Shown: positions 42,897 through 51,562 of the stretch, piece by piece
How positions within the stretch are numbered: the first letter of the stretch is position 1
How the letters are laid out: each line of letters begins with the position of its first letter
Virus record (IMG/VR): IMGVR_UViG_3300027689_000001
Coordinates: 86,001-150,000 of that record
Strand: one strand, 5' to 3'
Origin: a virus
Taxonomy: Duplodnaviria > Caudoviricetes
DNA: 64,000 nt
Position numbers and translations under genes: made by a program
The notes under the pieces: model-generated
Database searches by the model: none
What the model was told of the DNA's origin: nothing
The model's input: the letters and a program-made list of their open reading frames with translations, nothing else

Positions 42897-43452
42897 GGTT
42901 TTTTTCTTCTTTTTTGTCAAAATATTTTGGTCTACGTTTTGGCATAGGATTCTTTGGTGGTTGGTTCTCTATAGAACTATCATACGAATCATCGATTTGC
43001 TTACGAAGATAATTGATAAACTCATTGGTATGCTCAGAACCATCTGCGTCTTCGGTAATGATGCTGTTAATATCTAGATTCTGAATATAGCGATACTTGG
43101 TCGCCATATATTTCTTCTCTTTCTGGATTCGACGCAGAAAAGCATAGTATGTAATCTGAGTAAAGTAAGCAAAAGGATTCGAGGATTTAGCAGGATCGAA
43201 GTTGTCAACATATGTAATGCAGTTCTCAATACCATCTAGTACCATCTCTTCTCGATAGGTATAGTTGATGAAGTTTGCTTTATATGCGAGATGGTTTGCG
43301 ATCTTAACAAAACACTCGCCGATATAGTTCGGGCATCGAGGTTTCGGTGTACCGTTTTCTTTGGAAGCAATAACCTTTTCTCTATACGCCACTATGGCAG
43401 CAAGAAATTCTTTATTGTTTACGTAATGTACGTTAGTTTTTGTCTTTGCCAT
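42886..43452 (-). CDS. gp55: Late-transcription sigma factor
   Basis: HYVNNKEF, YIGECFVKIA, NFINYTYREEM, NPFAYFTQI, AFLRRIQKEKK. Confidence 0.97.
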   Translation of the reverse strand: MAKTKTNVHYVNNKEFLAAIVAYREKVIASKENGTPKPRCPNYIGECFVKIANHLAYKANFINYTYREEMVLDGIENCITYVDNFDPAKSSNPFAYFTQITYYAFLRRIQKEKKYMATKYRYIQNLDINSIITEDADGSEHTNEFINYLRKQIDDSYDSSIENQPPKNPMPKRRPKYFDKKEEKNLDL

Positions 43453-43477
43453 TATTTACCCTCATTAATATAACTCC

Positions 43478-43506
43478 TTTATACCTCAAATAGACTGCAA
43501 AGTAAA
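43478..43506 (-). promoter_or_regulatory. Early sigma70-type promoter for gp55
   Basis: TTTACT-17 nt-TATAAA. Confidence 0.75.
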
Positions 43507-43539
43507 TGGTTTTTTTAATCTTTTTCTTCAAGAAAACTG

Positions 43540-43568
43540 TTGACTTGTTCACCCATTCAGGGTATAAA
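43540..43568 (+). promoter_or_regulatory. Plus-strand (antisense) promoter of the same family
   Basis: TTGACT-17 nt-TATAAA with GGG before the -10; divergent from the gp55 promoter. Confidence 0.6.
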
Positions 43569-43595
43569 GACTATGTCGTCTATGAAATAAACCAT

Positions 43596-43638
43596 TTAAT
43601 GAAGTAGCTTACTACTCCTTGGAAAGACAGTCAGTCAT
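43596..43638 (-). pseudogene. Possible remnant of a deleted gene between uvsW and gp55
   Basis: ATG overlapping the uvsW stop (ATGACTGA) joined out of frame to ...TVFPRSSKLLH-stop; GACTGACTG at the junction. Confidence 0.35.
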
Positions 43639-45121
43639 CAATTGCCAACCTGACAATTTTGTAGTTGAAACCTTCTTCATTATAAATTTTAATACGCTCG
43701 ACCATGTGATTAAGCGTATAATTCTTTTTGGTCTTCCAAGAGAGATCGTCACCAATATCAAAAAGATTACAACGTTCTTTCTGATTGCCCTTTCTTAATC
43801 CACGACCAATAGATTGAAGATTTCTAATGCGAGATTTAGAGGGTGAGGCGAATACTACGTTATGGAGGTTACGTATATTTATTCCCGTAGAAAAGGTGCC
43901 GTAGGAGGCAACAATAATTGCATCAGTTTCGGTCTCAGTAATAGAACGAATCTGTTCTCGATGTGCTGTATCTGTTCCACCATAAACAAAGAAAACTTTT
44001 CTAGAAGTTTCTGCTTTTTCTTTAATCATTTTATATAAAACATCACCATGTTTCTCTACGAATTGAAACAGAACTAGCGTGTTGCCTTTTTGTGTCACTG
44101 ATAGATTACGAATGACGACATTTCGTTTGTGGTTCTTAACCAACCAGTCCATTTCTTCTTGATATGTATTATTTTTAACTGCCTTTTTAGTCTCATCAGT
44201 ATAGTCTAGAAGGAGACAGGTGATTTTCAAATCAGCAAGATCTTTATTGTCCATCAGTTCTTTGGTGGTAATCACCCGATGAACCTTACCGAACAGACCC
44301 TCGAGAATCAATTTATGAGTCTTCGTTCCATCGAGAGTGCCAGTAGTTCCGAGGCGAAACTTAGTCTTGGTGCATTTGTTGAAGATTGATGTCAGCGACT
44401 TTGCCTTGAACAAGTGTGCTTCGTCGCCGTAGATAACATCAAAGTCGTCGAAAAACTTTTTCGGTAATTTGTAAATTGACTGCCATGTTGAGATAACGAT
44501 GTTTGCTTGGTTCGACTTCTCAAAACCAGCGTAAATTTTAGAGCAGTTATTTGCAACATGCCATGTATCATCATTGTGAGAATAATCAGCGAAGTCGCCA
44601 TACATCTGCTCGACCAGCGACGTTGTGGGAACAATGACCAACTGCTTGCGATTAAACTTCTGGTGATACCTCAAGAGTAGATAGATGATTAGCGATTTAC
44701 CTGATGCGGTGGGAGAGAGCAGCAGAGTTCTGCCAATGCGAATCGCATACTTAACTGCATCGATTTGATATTCTCTCGCCTGAATTGGATTGCCTTGTGA
44801 TGTAAGGTTCAGACTCTCAGCGAATTCTTCTAGGTACTCAATATCAACAGGATCGCCGATCGGATCCATTTTGACATCCATTTCATAGTCGGATCTTGCG
44901 GCAAACTCTCTCAGGTATGGAAGCAGACCAACGTAAAGTTCTTTGGTCCACATGTTAAACATTCGTGCTTTACCATCCCACATTTTTGCTTTATAGGTTG
45001 GCATGAATCTTGCGTCAGGAACGTCGAAAGTGAAGTAGTCGTTCAACTCGGAAGCAATCGAAGGATCGCTTTCGATATTCAAATAGACTTCATCTTTCTT
45101 GGTAACTGTTAAGTCAGGCAC
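43631..45121 (-). CDS. uvsW: SF2 DNA helicase
   Basis: SPTASGKS, VPTTSLVEQM, GDEAH, GTTGT, TFSTGINI, QSIGRGLR. Confidence 0.97.
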   Translation of the reverse strand: MPDLTVTKKDEVYLNIESDPSIASELNDYFTFDVPDARFMPTYKAKMWDGKARMFNMWTKELYVGLLPYLREFAARSDYEMDVKMDPIGDPVDIEYLEEFAESLNLTSQGNPIQAREYQIDAVKYAIRIGRTLLLSPTASGKSLIIYLLLRYHQKFNRKQLVIVPTTSLVEQMYGDFADYSHNDDTWHVANNCSKIYAGFEKSNQANIVISTWQSIYKLPKKFFDDFDVIYGDEAHLFKAKSLTSIFNKCTKTKFRLGTTGTLDGTKTHKLILEGLFGKVHRVITTKELMDNKDLADLKITCLLLDYTDETKKAVKNNTYQEEMDWLVKNHKRNVVIRNLSVTQKGNTLVLFQFVEKHGDVLYKMIKEKAETSRKVFFVYGGTDTAHREQIRSITETETDAIIVASYGTFSTGINIRNLHNVVFASPSKSRIRNLQSIGRGLRKGNQKERCNLFDIGDDLSWKTKKNYTLNHMVERIKIYNEEGFNYKIVRLAIDD

Positions 45122-45561
45122 TACATTAATCCGTTAGTAAACTTTGTCCACTCGATGGCATTCTTGATTTCCCAACCACGACCATTTAATGAACGAATAA
45201 TTTGCTCTAGTTGGTAGAGCATTGCTTTCATATACTCGACTTTATCGACGCAACGAATAATATCTTCGTCGCAATTAACAATATCTTCGACCTCATTCTT
45301 TAGAGGTTTTAATCCTTGAAACTGATGCCACCCAAGTTCTTCTAGTTCTTCGCGAGTCATCTCACCGCGATAGTATTTAAACTTGGTGCGGCGAAGACGC
45401 AAGTAATCGCCCTCGCATTTACGAAGTTGCAACTTGGTATTAGACAAGATGTTAAGATATTTTGCATGCAGTTCGGCGATTTGAATCGAAGATTTACCAA
45501 GATCTAGTTCGTTGACCTTAGCATCTTTTGTCCACATGTCTTGAATTTCAGATAGTTTCAT
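45121..45561 (-). CDS. uvsY: Recombination mediator
   Basis: LHAKYL, YYRGE, RGWEIKNAIEWTKF; position next to uvsW. Confidence 0.93.
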   Translation of the reverse strand: MKLSEIQDMWTKDAKVNELDLGKSSIQIAELHAKYLNILSNTKLQLRKCEGDYLRLRRTKFKYYRGEMTREELEELGWHQFQGLKPLKNEVEDIVNCDEDIIRCVDKVEYMKAMLYQLEQIIRSLNGRGWEIKNAIEWTKFTNGLM

Positions 45562-45585
45562 ACACCCTCACAATAAAATAATTTA

Positions 45586-45614
45586 ATTATACTATAACTT
45601 TTGACAAAAGTCAA
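45586..45614 (-). promoter_or_regulatory. Early sigma70-type promoter with a palindrome
   Basis: TTGACT-17 nt-TATAAT; ACTTTTG-T-CAAAAGT overlaps the -35 and spacer. Confidence 0.8.
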
Positions 45615-45619
45615 GGGAT

Positions 45620-46204
45620 TTATACTGCCTCGATTGTATAATATCTATATTTAAAAGCAGCAACGCCCACAAGATACTCAACATTACCACCAGAAATGTC
45701 GAAGTCTAGTGCCTCGAGACTAATAGGAAATAGATCATAATAGGTAATCTTGACGTTTGGATTGTTATCAGAATCTAAAATAAAGAAGTCAGCGTCTGAG
45801 AAGTTGGCAACTGCACCAAGTCGTTTCTCTGGAACTGCTGGAAATCTGTATGACTGAGACTTATTCCAGTTGATATATTGTTCATGATTTTCTGGGAATG
45901 AAAGTCCAGTCAACCAATTATATAGTTCTACGTAATTTGCCATGTTTTCTTGGACGAGAAACCGAATGGCAAGTTCGCCAAACTGTGGTTTCTCTCCTGG
46001 ATTAAACAAGGCAGAAAGAGGAGTTTCGGTTGTTGTAAATCCAATACTGAACGATGGAATATTTGCTGCTTGACAGAAATATGATACGTTTGGTAGCGTA
46101 TGAATCTGGAACTTAAAACCATTTGGTTTCAGATAATCAAGATCGCTTGGTTGCGAGTTGCTCCAAGATCCTTCAGTGATGTTTGTTGTCGTAGATACTA
46201 CCAT
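45620..46204 (-). CDS. gp3: Tail completion / tube terminator protein
   Basis: YLKPNGFKF, YFCQAANIP, FLVQENMANY, FPISLEALDF, F-Y-YY; follows gp23. Confidence 0.9.
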   Translation of the reverse strand: MVVSTTTNITEGSWSNSQPSDLDYLKPNGFKFQIHTLPNVSYFCQAANIPSFSIGFTTTETPLSALFNPGEKPQFGELAIRFLVQENMANYVELYNWLTGLSFPENHEQYINWNKSQSYRFPAVPEKRLGAVANFSDADFFILDSDNNPNVKITYYDLFPISLEALDFDISGGNVEYLVGVAAFKYRYYTIEAV

Positions 46205-46222
46205 TGATTCCTCCGTTACGTA

Positions 46223-46230
46223 TATTTATA
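46223..46230 (-). promoter_or_regulatory. gp55-dependent late promoter
   Basis: Exact TATAAATA upstream of gp3. Confidence 0.8.
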
Positions 46231-46233
46231 ATG

Positions 46234-46262
46234 AAAAAGGGGGAAGCATTTCTGCTCCCCCC
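46234..46262 (-). terminator. Rho-independent terminator after gp23
   Basis: GGGGGAGCA-GAAA-TGCTTCCCC followed by CTTTTT. Confidence 0.88.
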
Positions 46263-46299
46263 AGTTTCTGCAACCCTCTCTTCTGAGAAGAGGTATTGA

Positions 46300-47574
46300 T
46301 TACATAAGGTTAGTAACCTTAACACGACGATAGTAGTGGTTACGGTTGGCGGTGAATGTATCAGCGTCAGTTGTACCGTTCGACTGCAGAACGAATGGGT
46401 TAGCAATCATACCGTAGCGAGTCTTGAAACCAATTTTAGGTTGGAAGGTGTCAGGATCGATTGCACGAACCATTTGTAGTGGAACGTATGGGCAATAGAA
46501 GATACCTGCGTCATAAGCATTCGCACCCTTATAACCAACAACGTAGAACTGCGATGCAGCGCCAGCATTTGCTGAGTAAGGATCAACGTATACTTTGTAA
46601 CGACCGTTAAGAATACCAGCAAAAGTATTGCCTGTATCGTCAACATTCAGAGTTGGTGAACCAGAAAGTGCAGCACCAGTATCAAGCATACCTGCCATTG
46701 CAAGAGCAGCAGCAACGTCTGACGAACAGATGATGAAGTTACCTTTACCGCGACGAGTATCTTGAGCAATAACGTTCGCATCGCGTTCGATATTGAACAG
46801 AAGACCCTTGAAGCGTTCTACTGACCAACGACCGTTTGAGTCAACGTCAAGATCGAAAGTACCAGCAGTTGCTGTCGAAGCAGCACCTGGCTTAGCAACT
46901 TTGTAGATCGTACGGATAACTTCGCGGTTGATTTCAGAAAGAATTTCTTGCGAAAGGATGTTCGAAAGTTCTGACTCAGCGTCAAGACCGTGAATTGCCT
47001 TGAGATCCTGTGCCAATTCAACAGTATATTCTGCCTTCAGTGCACGAGTCTTAGCAGTAACGGTTGTCTTCTCGATTGAGAATGCCATTTCGTTGAAAGC
47101 AGTTCCACCTGATTCGCCAAGTGCTTCACCAGCAGCAGTAGTAACACCAGTACCTGTGGTATAAGCGCCATCAACTGGGTTTGAACCAGCATGGGTTCCT
47201 GTACCAGAGAAGTCTGTGTCTGCTTCGTTGAAGAGTGCTTCCGTACCCGACTGGGTGCTGTAGGCCGACTTCATTGCGAAGATAAGACCAACTGGTCCAG
47301 TCATTGGTTGAACACCAGCAACGTCATATGCCATCAAGTTTGGCAACGCACGACGAACGAGCGAGATGAGGATAGGATCGTAGTTATCGATATTAGCACC
47401 AGTTGCGTTTGCAGGAGTTTCGAACAACGCAGTCTTTTCTTCTTGAAGAGCCTTTTGTTGGTTTTCGAGAACGACAGCAGTAACTGCACGCTTGTAGGAA
47501 TCCTTAATTTGTCCCATGCCTTCATGGTTTAGGACAGGTTCCCACTTCTTTTGTAGAGATTCTGAAAGAAACAT
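46300..47574 (-). CDS. gp23: Major capsid protein
   Basis: DPILISLVRR, GVQPM-GP-GLIFAM, EMAFSIEK, ELAQDLKAIHGLDAE, YCPYVPL, FQPKIGFKTRYG. Confidence 0.99.
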   Translation of the reverse strand: MFLSESLQKKWEPVLNHEGMGQIKDSYKRAVTAVVLENQQKALQEEKTALFETPANATGANIDNYDPILISLVRRALPNLMAYDVAGVQPMTGPVGLIFAMKSAYSTQSGTEALFNEADTDFSGTGTHAGSNPVDGAYTTGTGVTTAAGEALGESGGTAFNEMAFSIEKTTVTAKTRALKAEYTVELAQDLKAIHGLDAESELSNILSQEILSEINREVIRTIYKVAKPGAASTATAGTFDLDVDSNGRWSVERFKGLLFNIERDANVIAQDTRRGKGNFIICSSDVAAALAMAGMLDTGAALSGSPTLNVDDTGNTFAGILNGRYKVYVDPYSANAGAASQFYVVGYKGANAYDAGIFYCPYVPLQMVRAIDPDTFQPKIGFKTRYGMIANPFVLQSNGTTDADTFTANRNHYYRRVKVTNLM

Positions 47575-47610
47575 TTTTTTCTCCTTGTAGGGTTTTTTAT
47601 TTCAACTTAT

Positions 47611-47618
47611 TATTTATA
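47611..47618 (-). promoter_or_regulatory. gp55-dependent late promoter for gp23
   Basis: Exact TATAAATA. Confidence 0.85.
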
Positions 47619-47623
47619 TTAAT

Positions 47624-48826
47624 TTAGATTTGAGACGACATTCTGTCTAGTGCCTTTGAGTACTTCTCCATAAGCGGAGATGCACTGTAGTCAGTCGACT
47701 CACCAAGACTGTCAGTCATCTTTTCTTCCGTGGTAGGTTGTGCTTTAGGGAAATAATTTTCTCTAATGACATTCAACTTTTCTTCGAAAATTTCTGCGTT
47801 CTCGAATTCTACATCAGCAACAATACTTGCAAACTTCTCAGCGTCGGTTTTTGCGAGGTCTTCGGTAACCGCGATAAGTACGCTTTCTCTTTGAAGTTTA
47901 GTATTTTCCGCATGCAGTTCTACATTTGCAGTCATAGTTTGGTCCACACGAGATTGAAGTTCTTCAATCTCGACTTGCATTTCACCAAGCACATCATATT
48001 TCTCTTCAGGAACCTCAATATAGTGTTCCGAAAACAGATTCTTAAGTCCTGAAATAAACGATTCAGTGATGTCTGAACGGAGACCGTTCTCAACAGCGAG
48101 TTCGTTTTCAGCAATATACTGTTCAGCAACATAAGTTAGGTAAGAATCGACTTTCTCAACAAGTTCGCTCTTGAATTCTTCCATAAGGTCAGAAGCTTCT
48201 TCGATAAGTGCTTCTTCAAGCGCCGTTATCTTAACATTGACAGACGCAGAAACCATTGCTTCGAACAGCGATGCTGCCTTGCCACGGAATTCTTCTGACA
48301 GATTTTCGTTACCATCAAAGAGGGTTGCGAGTTCTGCTGAAAAATCTTCTTCAAGATCTTCACCATCTTCATCTTCGCTATCATCATCGTCTTCGATCAG
48401 ATCATCATCTTCTGGTTCAAACTCTTCTTGATGAACGTTGCCCTTAGATGACGATTGATTAACAACCGATGCTGGGTCAGCAACAGTTTTAAAGTTTGGG
48501 GCATCACCTGGACCAGATGCAGATCCTGAAGACGAAGAAGTATCCTTGGCGTTTACGGCAACCTTTGCGCCCTGATTTTCGTCAGCATCACCATCACGGT
48601 CTTGGTGTGGTGCATCTGCCGAAGAACCTTGACGTGGTTGAGTTTGGTCGCCCGATGTATTTGACTTAGATGCCTTTGAGGTATCTTTACCGTTTGAGGC
48701 ACCCATCTTTTCTGAGGAAGATGTGACCGAATTACCTTGCTTTGGTGCGGTCATATCACCGTCAGAAGCTTCAGTAATCGCTTGCTTTCCAGCAAGCAAC
48801 TCTCTGATTTTTCTTTCTACAGTCAT
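47624..48826 (-). CDS. gp22: Prohead core scaffolding protein
   Basis: LSEEFRGKAASLFEA, VDSYLTYV, GLKNLFSEHYIEVPEEK, IRENYF; lies between gp21 and gp23. Confidence 0.95.
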   Translation of the reverse strand: MTVERKIRELLAGKQAITEASDGDMTAPKQGNSVTSSSEKMGASNGKDTSKASKSNTSGDQTQPRQGSSADAPHQDRDGDADENQGAKVAVNAKDTSSSSGSASGPGDAPNFKTVADPASVVNQSSSKGNVHQEEFEPEDDDLIEDDDDSEDEDGEDLEEDFSAELATLFDGNENLSEEFRGKAASLFEAMVSASVNVKITALEEALIEEASDLMEEFKSELVEKVDSYLTYVAEQYIAENELAVENGLRSDITESFISGLKNLFSEHYIEVPEEKYDVLGEMQVEIEELQSRVDQTMTANVELHAENTKLQRESVLIAVTEDLAKTDAEKFASIVADVEFENAEIFEEKLNVIRENYFPKAQPTTEEKMTDSLGESTDYSASPLMEKYSKALDRMSSQI

Positions 48827-48858
48827 GTTTTTCTCCTAATTTTCGGAACTTAGTCTTT

Positions 48859-48866
48859 TATTTATA
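48859..48866 (-). promoter_or_regulatory. gp55-dependent late promoter
   Basis: Exact TATAAATA upstream of gp22. Confidence 0.8.
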
Positions 48867-48877
48867 AAAAAGAAACT

Positions 48878-49534
48878 TTAAATCTTTGCAAGTCTATTGA
48901 GGAAATTCTCAAAAACTACCATTTTTGCTTCTTCGAGTTGCTTTTTGCTTGCCTTCTTGATGACCTTTTTCGCCATGTCATTTGTTTGTTCGGTCCATAG
49001 ACCGTTAACAATCACCCATTCTTTATTTTCCATAATCCCTCTTACGAAAGCATCAGGAGCAGAAGGATCCGCAACAATATCTGCTGCGGTTGCAAGATGG
49101 AAATCGTCTTGAACGATCTGGACTCCATCTCTATTCTCTTTCAGAGTACCAAGTCCTCTTGAAGAAACACCAAGTTGACCACCTGATTCAATCAGACCAC
49201 GAGCAATATTTCCCATGGGAGTATCAGTGATCTTCGCCTTACCCATCCAGTTATCGCCATCTCTATAGAGTTCGGTAACGATATGAGATACACGGTCAAG
49301 GTTGATTGACGGACCATCTGGGTGACCAAGTTCGCCGAATGCTCTCTTGTTCTCCACTGCTTCCGTCATATAACGCTGAACTTCTTTTTCCATAATCTCA
49401 GCAGGATACATACGCCCATTGCGATTCTTGAGATTTGATTGTAAGAAAACACCTTCAATGAAGAGGGATTTCTTGCCGTCTTTTTCTTCAGTGATATAAC
49501 GAACGTTGTCGTTTACTTCAGTAATTAATTTCAT
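48878..49534 (-). CDS. gp21: Prohead protease
   Basis: MKLITE, NRNGRMYP, GELGHP, GVSSRGLG, DIVADPSAPDAFV. Confidence 0.97.
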   Translation of the reverse strand: MKLITEVNDNVRYITEEKDGKKSLFIEGVFLQSNLKNRNGRMYPAEIMEKEVQRYMTEAVENKRAFGELGHPDGPSINLDRVSHIVTELYRDGDNWMGKAKITDTPMGNIARGLIESGGQLGVSSRGLGTLKENRDGVQIVQDDFHLATAADIVADPSAPDAFVRGIMENKEWVIVNGLWTEQTNDMAKKVIKKASKKQLEEAKMVVFENFLNRLAKI

Positions 49535-49911
49535 TATCCTAGATCTCCTTGGTTCTGATGTTGTTGCGAACCATATCCAGAAACCTTAGCAAGTTCTAAT
49601 ACTACTGAACCAGTACCTGACGAGAAATCTACAACGATGTCTGAACCGTTTTCTTCGTTATCAGACCAACCCATGAATTCCATCTTACCACTACCCGACA
49701 AATAATATAGAACTGTGCTATTACGGGTAATTGTTGCTGTAGTGTCTACTGCCAGTGCCCAATGCAAAGTACGAATGTTCGCCTTTGGTGAAGATTGAGT
49801 TTCTGAAGTTTTCTTCAGATCGGTGGCAAGCGCGATGGTAGCGGATCCCGTGCCACGCACTTTCACCACACCATGAACCTGTGTTAGTTTTAGAACCGCC
49901 TTAGTTGCCAT
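49534..49911 (-). CDS. Head-module structural hypothetical protein
   Basis: 125-aa beta-rich ORF in the prohead operon. Confidence 0.7.
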   Translation of the reverse strand: MATKAVLKLTQVHGVVKVRGTGSATIALATDLKKTSETQSSPKANIRTLHWALAVDTTATITRNSTVLYYLSGSGKMEFMGWSDNEENGSDIVVDFSSGTGSVVLELAKVSGYGSQQHQNQGDLG

Positions 49912-49921
49912 CTAATATTCC

Positions 49922-51373
49922 TTACTGGTATCTTGCTTTTTTCTGATTACGAAGGATCTTAAAATCGTGACCGTCAACCTTACCATTCTTATTGGCATCA
50001 ATCTTATGTTGATTGCCCTTTAGTTCTTCAGACTTTAACGCATCTTGCATTTGTTGCTTTGTTCTTCTATGTTTTCTTTTAAAATCTGCATGTGACAATG
50101 ATTCCATGTCCATCGCCAGATCTTTCATACGACCTTCTTCTAGATCGACTTCTTCTTTACGCATAGAAGAACGATTCTTGCCAACAGTTGCACTCATAGT
50201 GTCTGTTTTTGCTGAATTTCTAGCATTGTTAAAATGATTGCTTTCTGAATCTTGATCATTTTTGGCAGCAGCATTCTTGGCTTTTTCTAGATGACCCATA
50301 ACAGTGGCACCATGGACCTTGACAATTGCTTTCTTGACCGCAGCAGCTTTCTTAGGTTCTGGTTTATCTCCCGCACCAAGAGCATGATCTGCATATTTGT
50401 TATACAAAGTGCGAATGGATAGATCACCTTCGCCTAGCATAATTGATTCGAATAAATCGAAATCGAATTCTTCAGACATCTTAACTTCGCCACGGCGACG
50501 CTTTAATGCCATTGTAACTCCAGCGCCACGCTTCTTCAAAGTCTTTGTGTCTTGACCATCTTTAGACCAGTCGCCGCCACCAACCTTCATTTTATCAGCA
50601 ATCGGTTTGCCTTGTGCGATAGCCTTGTTGTAATAGGTGCGCACAGTTTCTCTGCTAAGTTCGTCAAGACCTTCAACCCCTTCATGGATATGAATTTCGT
50701 GCGTGCGACCAACACCTCTGACTATTTTGCCTTTAACTTTCCAGTGAAGACCGTCAATTTTTTGTTTGTGATTATCGAGGTCATCTCTTGAATGACCCCA
50801 CTCACCACCAGCGTCTCTTAAATGTGCACTAACCGCCCAATGTGAATGCGTTGTTTCAAGACCCGAATAATGTCCATGTTTCCCATGACGATTTTTCGTT
50901 ACTTCTTTAGTGTGAATCGTTGCTGAACCATCAGGGTGATATGTTGCTTTAGACACACCCCTCCACCCCTTTGCTGCTTTTTTTGCAGCTTGGTGTGCTT
51001 TAGAGTTCGAATCAAAGTTTTCATTCGCTTCGTCGAGATCTTCGAATTCTTCATTATATAAATGGCGAGGTTCTTGGTAATTAATCACATGATGTGTATG
51101 AGTTTTTCCCTCATGTTCAACTTTCTCATGAGATTCTTCTTCTCCGCCAGAATTTACGATTGCAGTAACTTCATGGTGATGTAAATGGGGGTTTTCTTTA
51201 CTGATCTTACGATGAAGACCCTTATCAGAATAATCACCCAACTCTTTGTGCTGTGGTACTTTTACGGTATACTCTTTTTTACCAACATATCCACCATACT
51301 CTAAATGGGTTGGACCCTCGGATAAATACAGAGTTTTATTGATCTGTTCGATTAATTCTTTATACGTCTTCAT
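49922..51373 (-). CDS. Putative internal head polyprotein (His/Lys-rich) with C-terminal EF-hand-like loop
   Basis: Start ATG 51373, MKTYKELIEQ (T4 internal-protein-like); LSE, LDE, IHE, LFE, VDLEE sites; DANKNGKVDGHD. Confidence 0.75.
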   Translation of the reverse strand: MKTYKELIEQINKTLYLSEGPTHLEYGGYVGKKEYTVKVPQHKELGDYSDKGLHRKISKENPHLHHHEVTAIVNSGGEEESHEKVEHEGKTHTHHVINYQEPRHLYNEEFEDLDEANENFDSNSKAHQAAKKAAKGWRGVSKATYHPDGSATIHTKEVTKNRHGKHGHYSGLETTHSHWAVSAHLRDAGGEWGHSRDDLDNHKQKIDGLHWKVKGKIVRGVGRTHEIHIHEGVEGLDELSRETVRTYYNKAIAQGKPIADKMKVGGGDWSKDGQDTKTLKKRGAGVTMALKRRRGEVKMSEEFDFDLFESIMLGEGDLSIRTLYNKYADHALGAGDKPEPKKAAAVKKAIVKVHGATVMGHLEKAKNAAAKNDQDSESNHFNNARNSAKTDTMSATVGKNRSSMRKEEVDLEEGRMKDLAMDMESLSHADFKRKHRRTKQQMQDALKSEELKGNQHKIDANKNGKVDGHDFKILRNQKKARYQ

Positions 51374-51560
51374 CGGTTTCCCCTTCTGTTTCTGTTTCAT
51401 CGCTCGAATTAAAAACAGCGGTTGCCATTTCTTCTTGACGAGCAGAAAGAATATCTGCAAGTTTTAAATCTAACGCAGCGTTGAAATCATCGCCTGCATC
51501 GGTCATATTACCCATTTCAATGTTATTTATTAAACTTTTAATTACCTCAGTATTGTCCAT
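51360..51560 (-). CDS. Prohead core protein (gp67-like)
   Basis: Small acidic ORF directly after the portal gene. Confidence 0.75.
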   Translation of the reverse strand: MDNTEVIKSLINNIEMGNMTDAGDDFNAALDLKLADILSARQEEMATAVFNSSDETETEGETDEDV

Positions 51561-51562
51561 TA

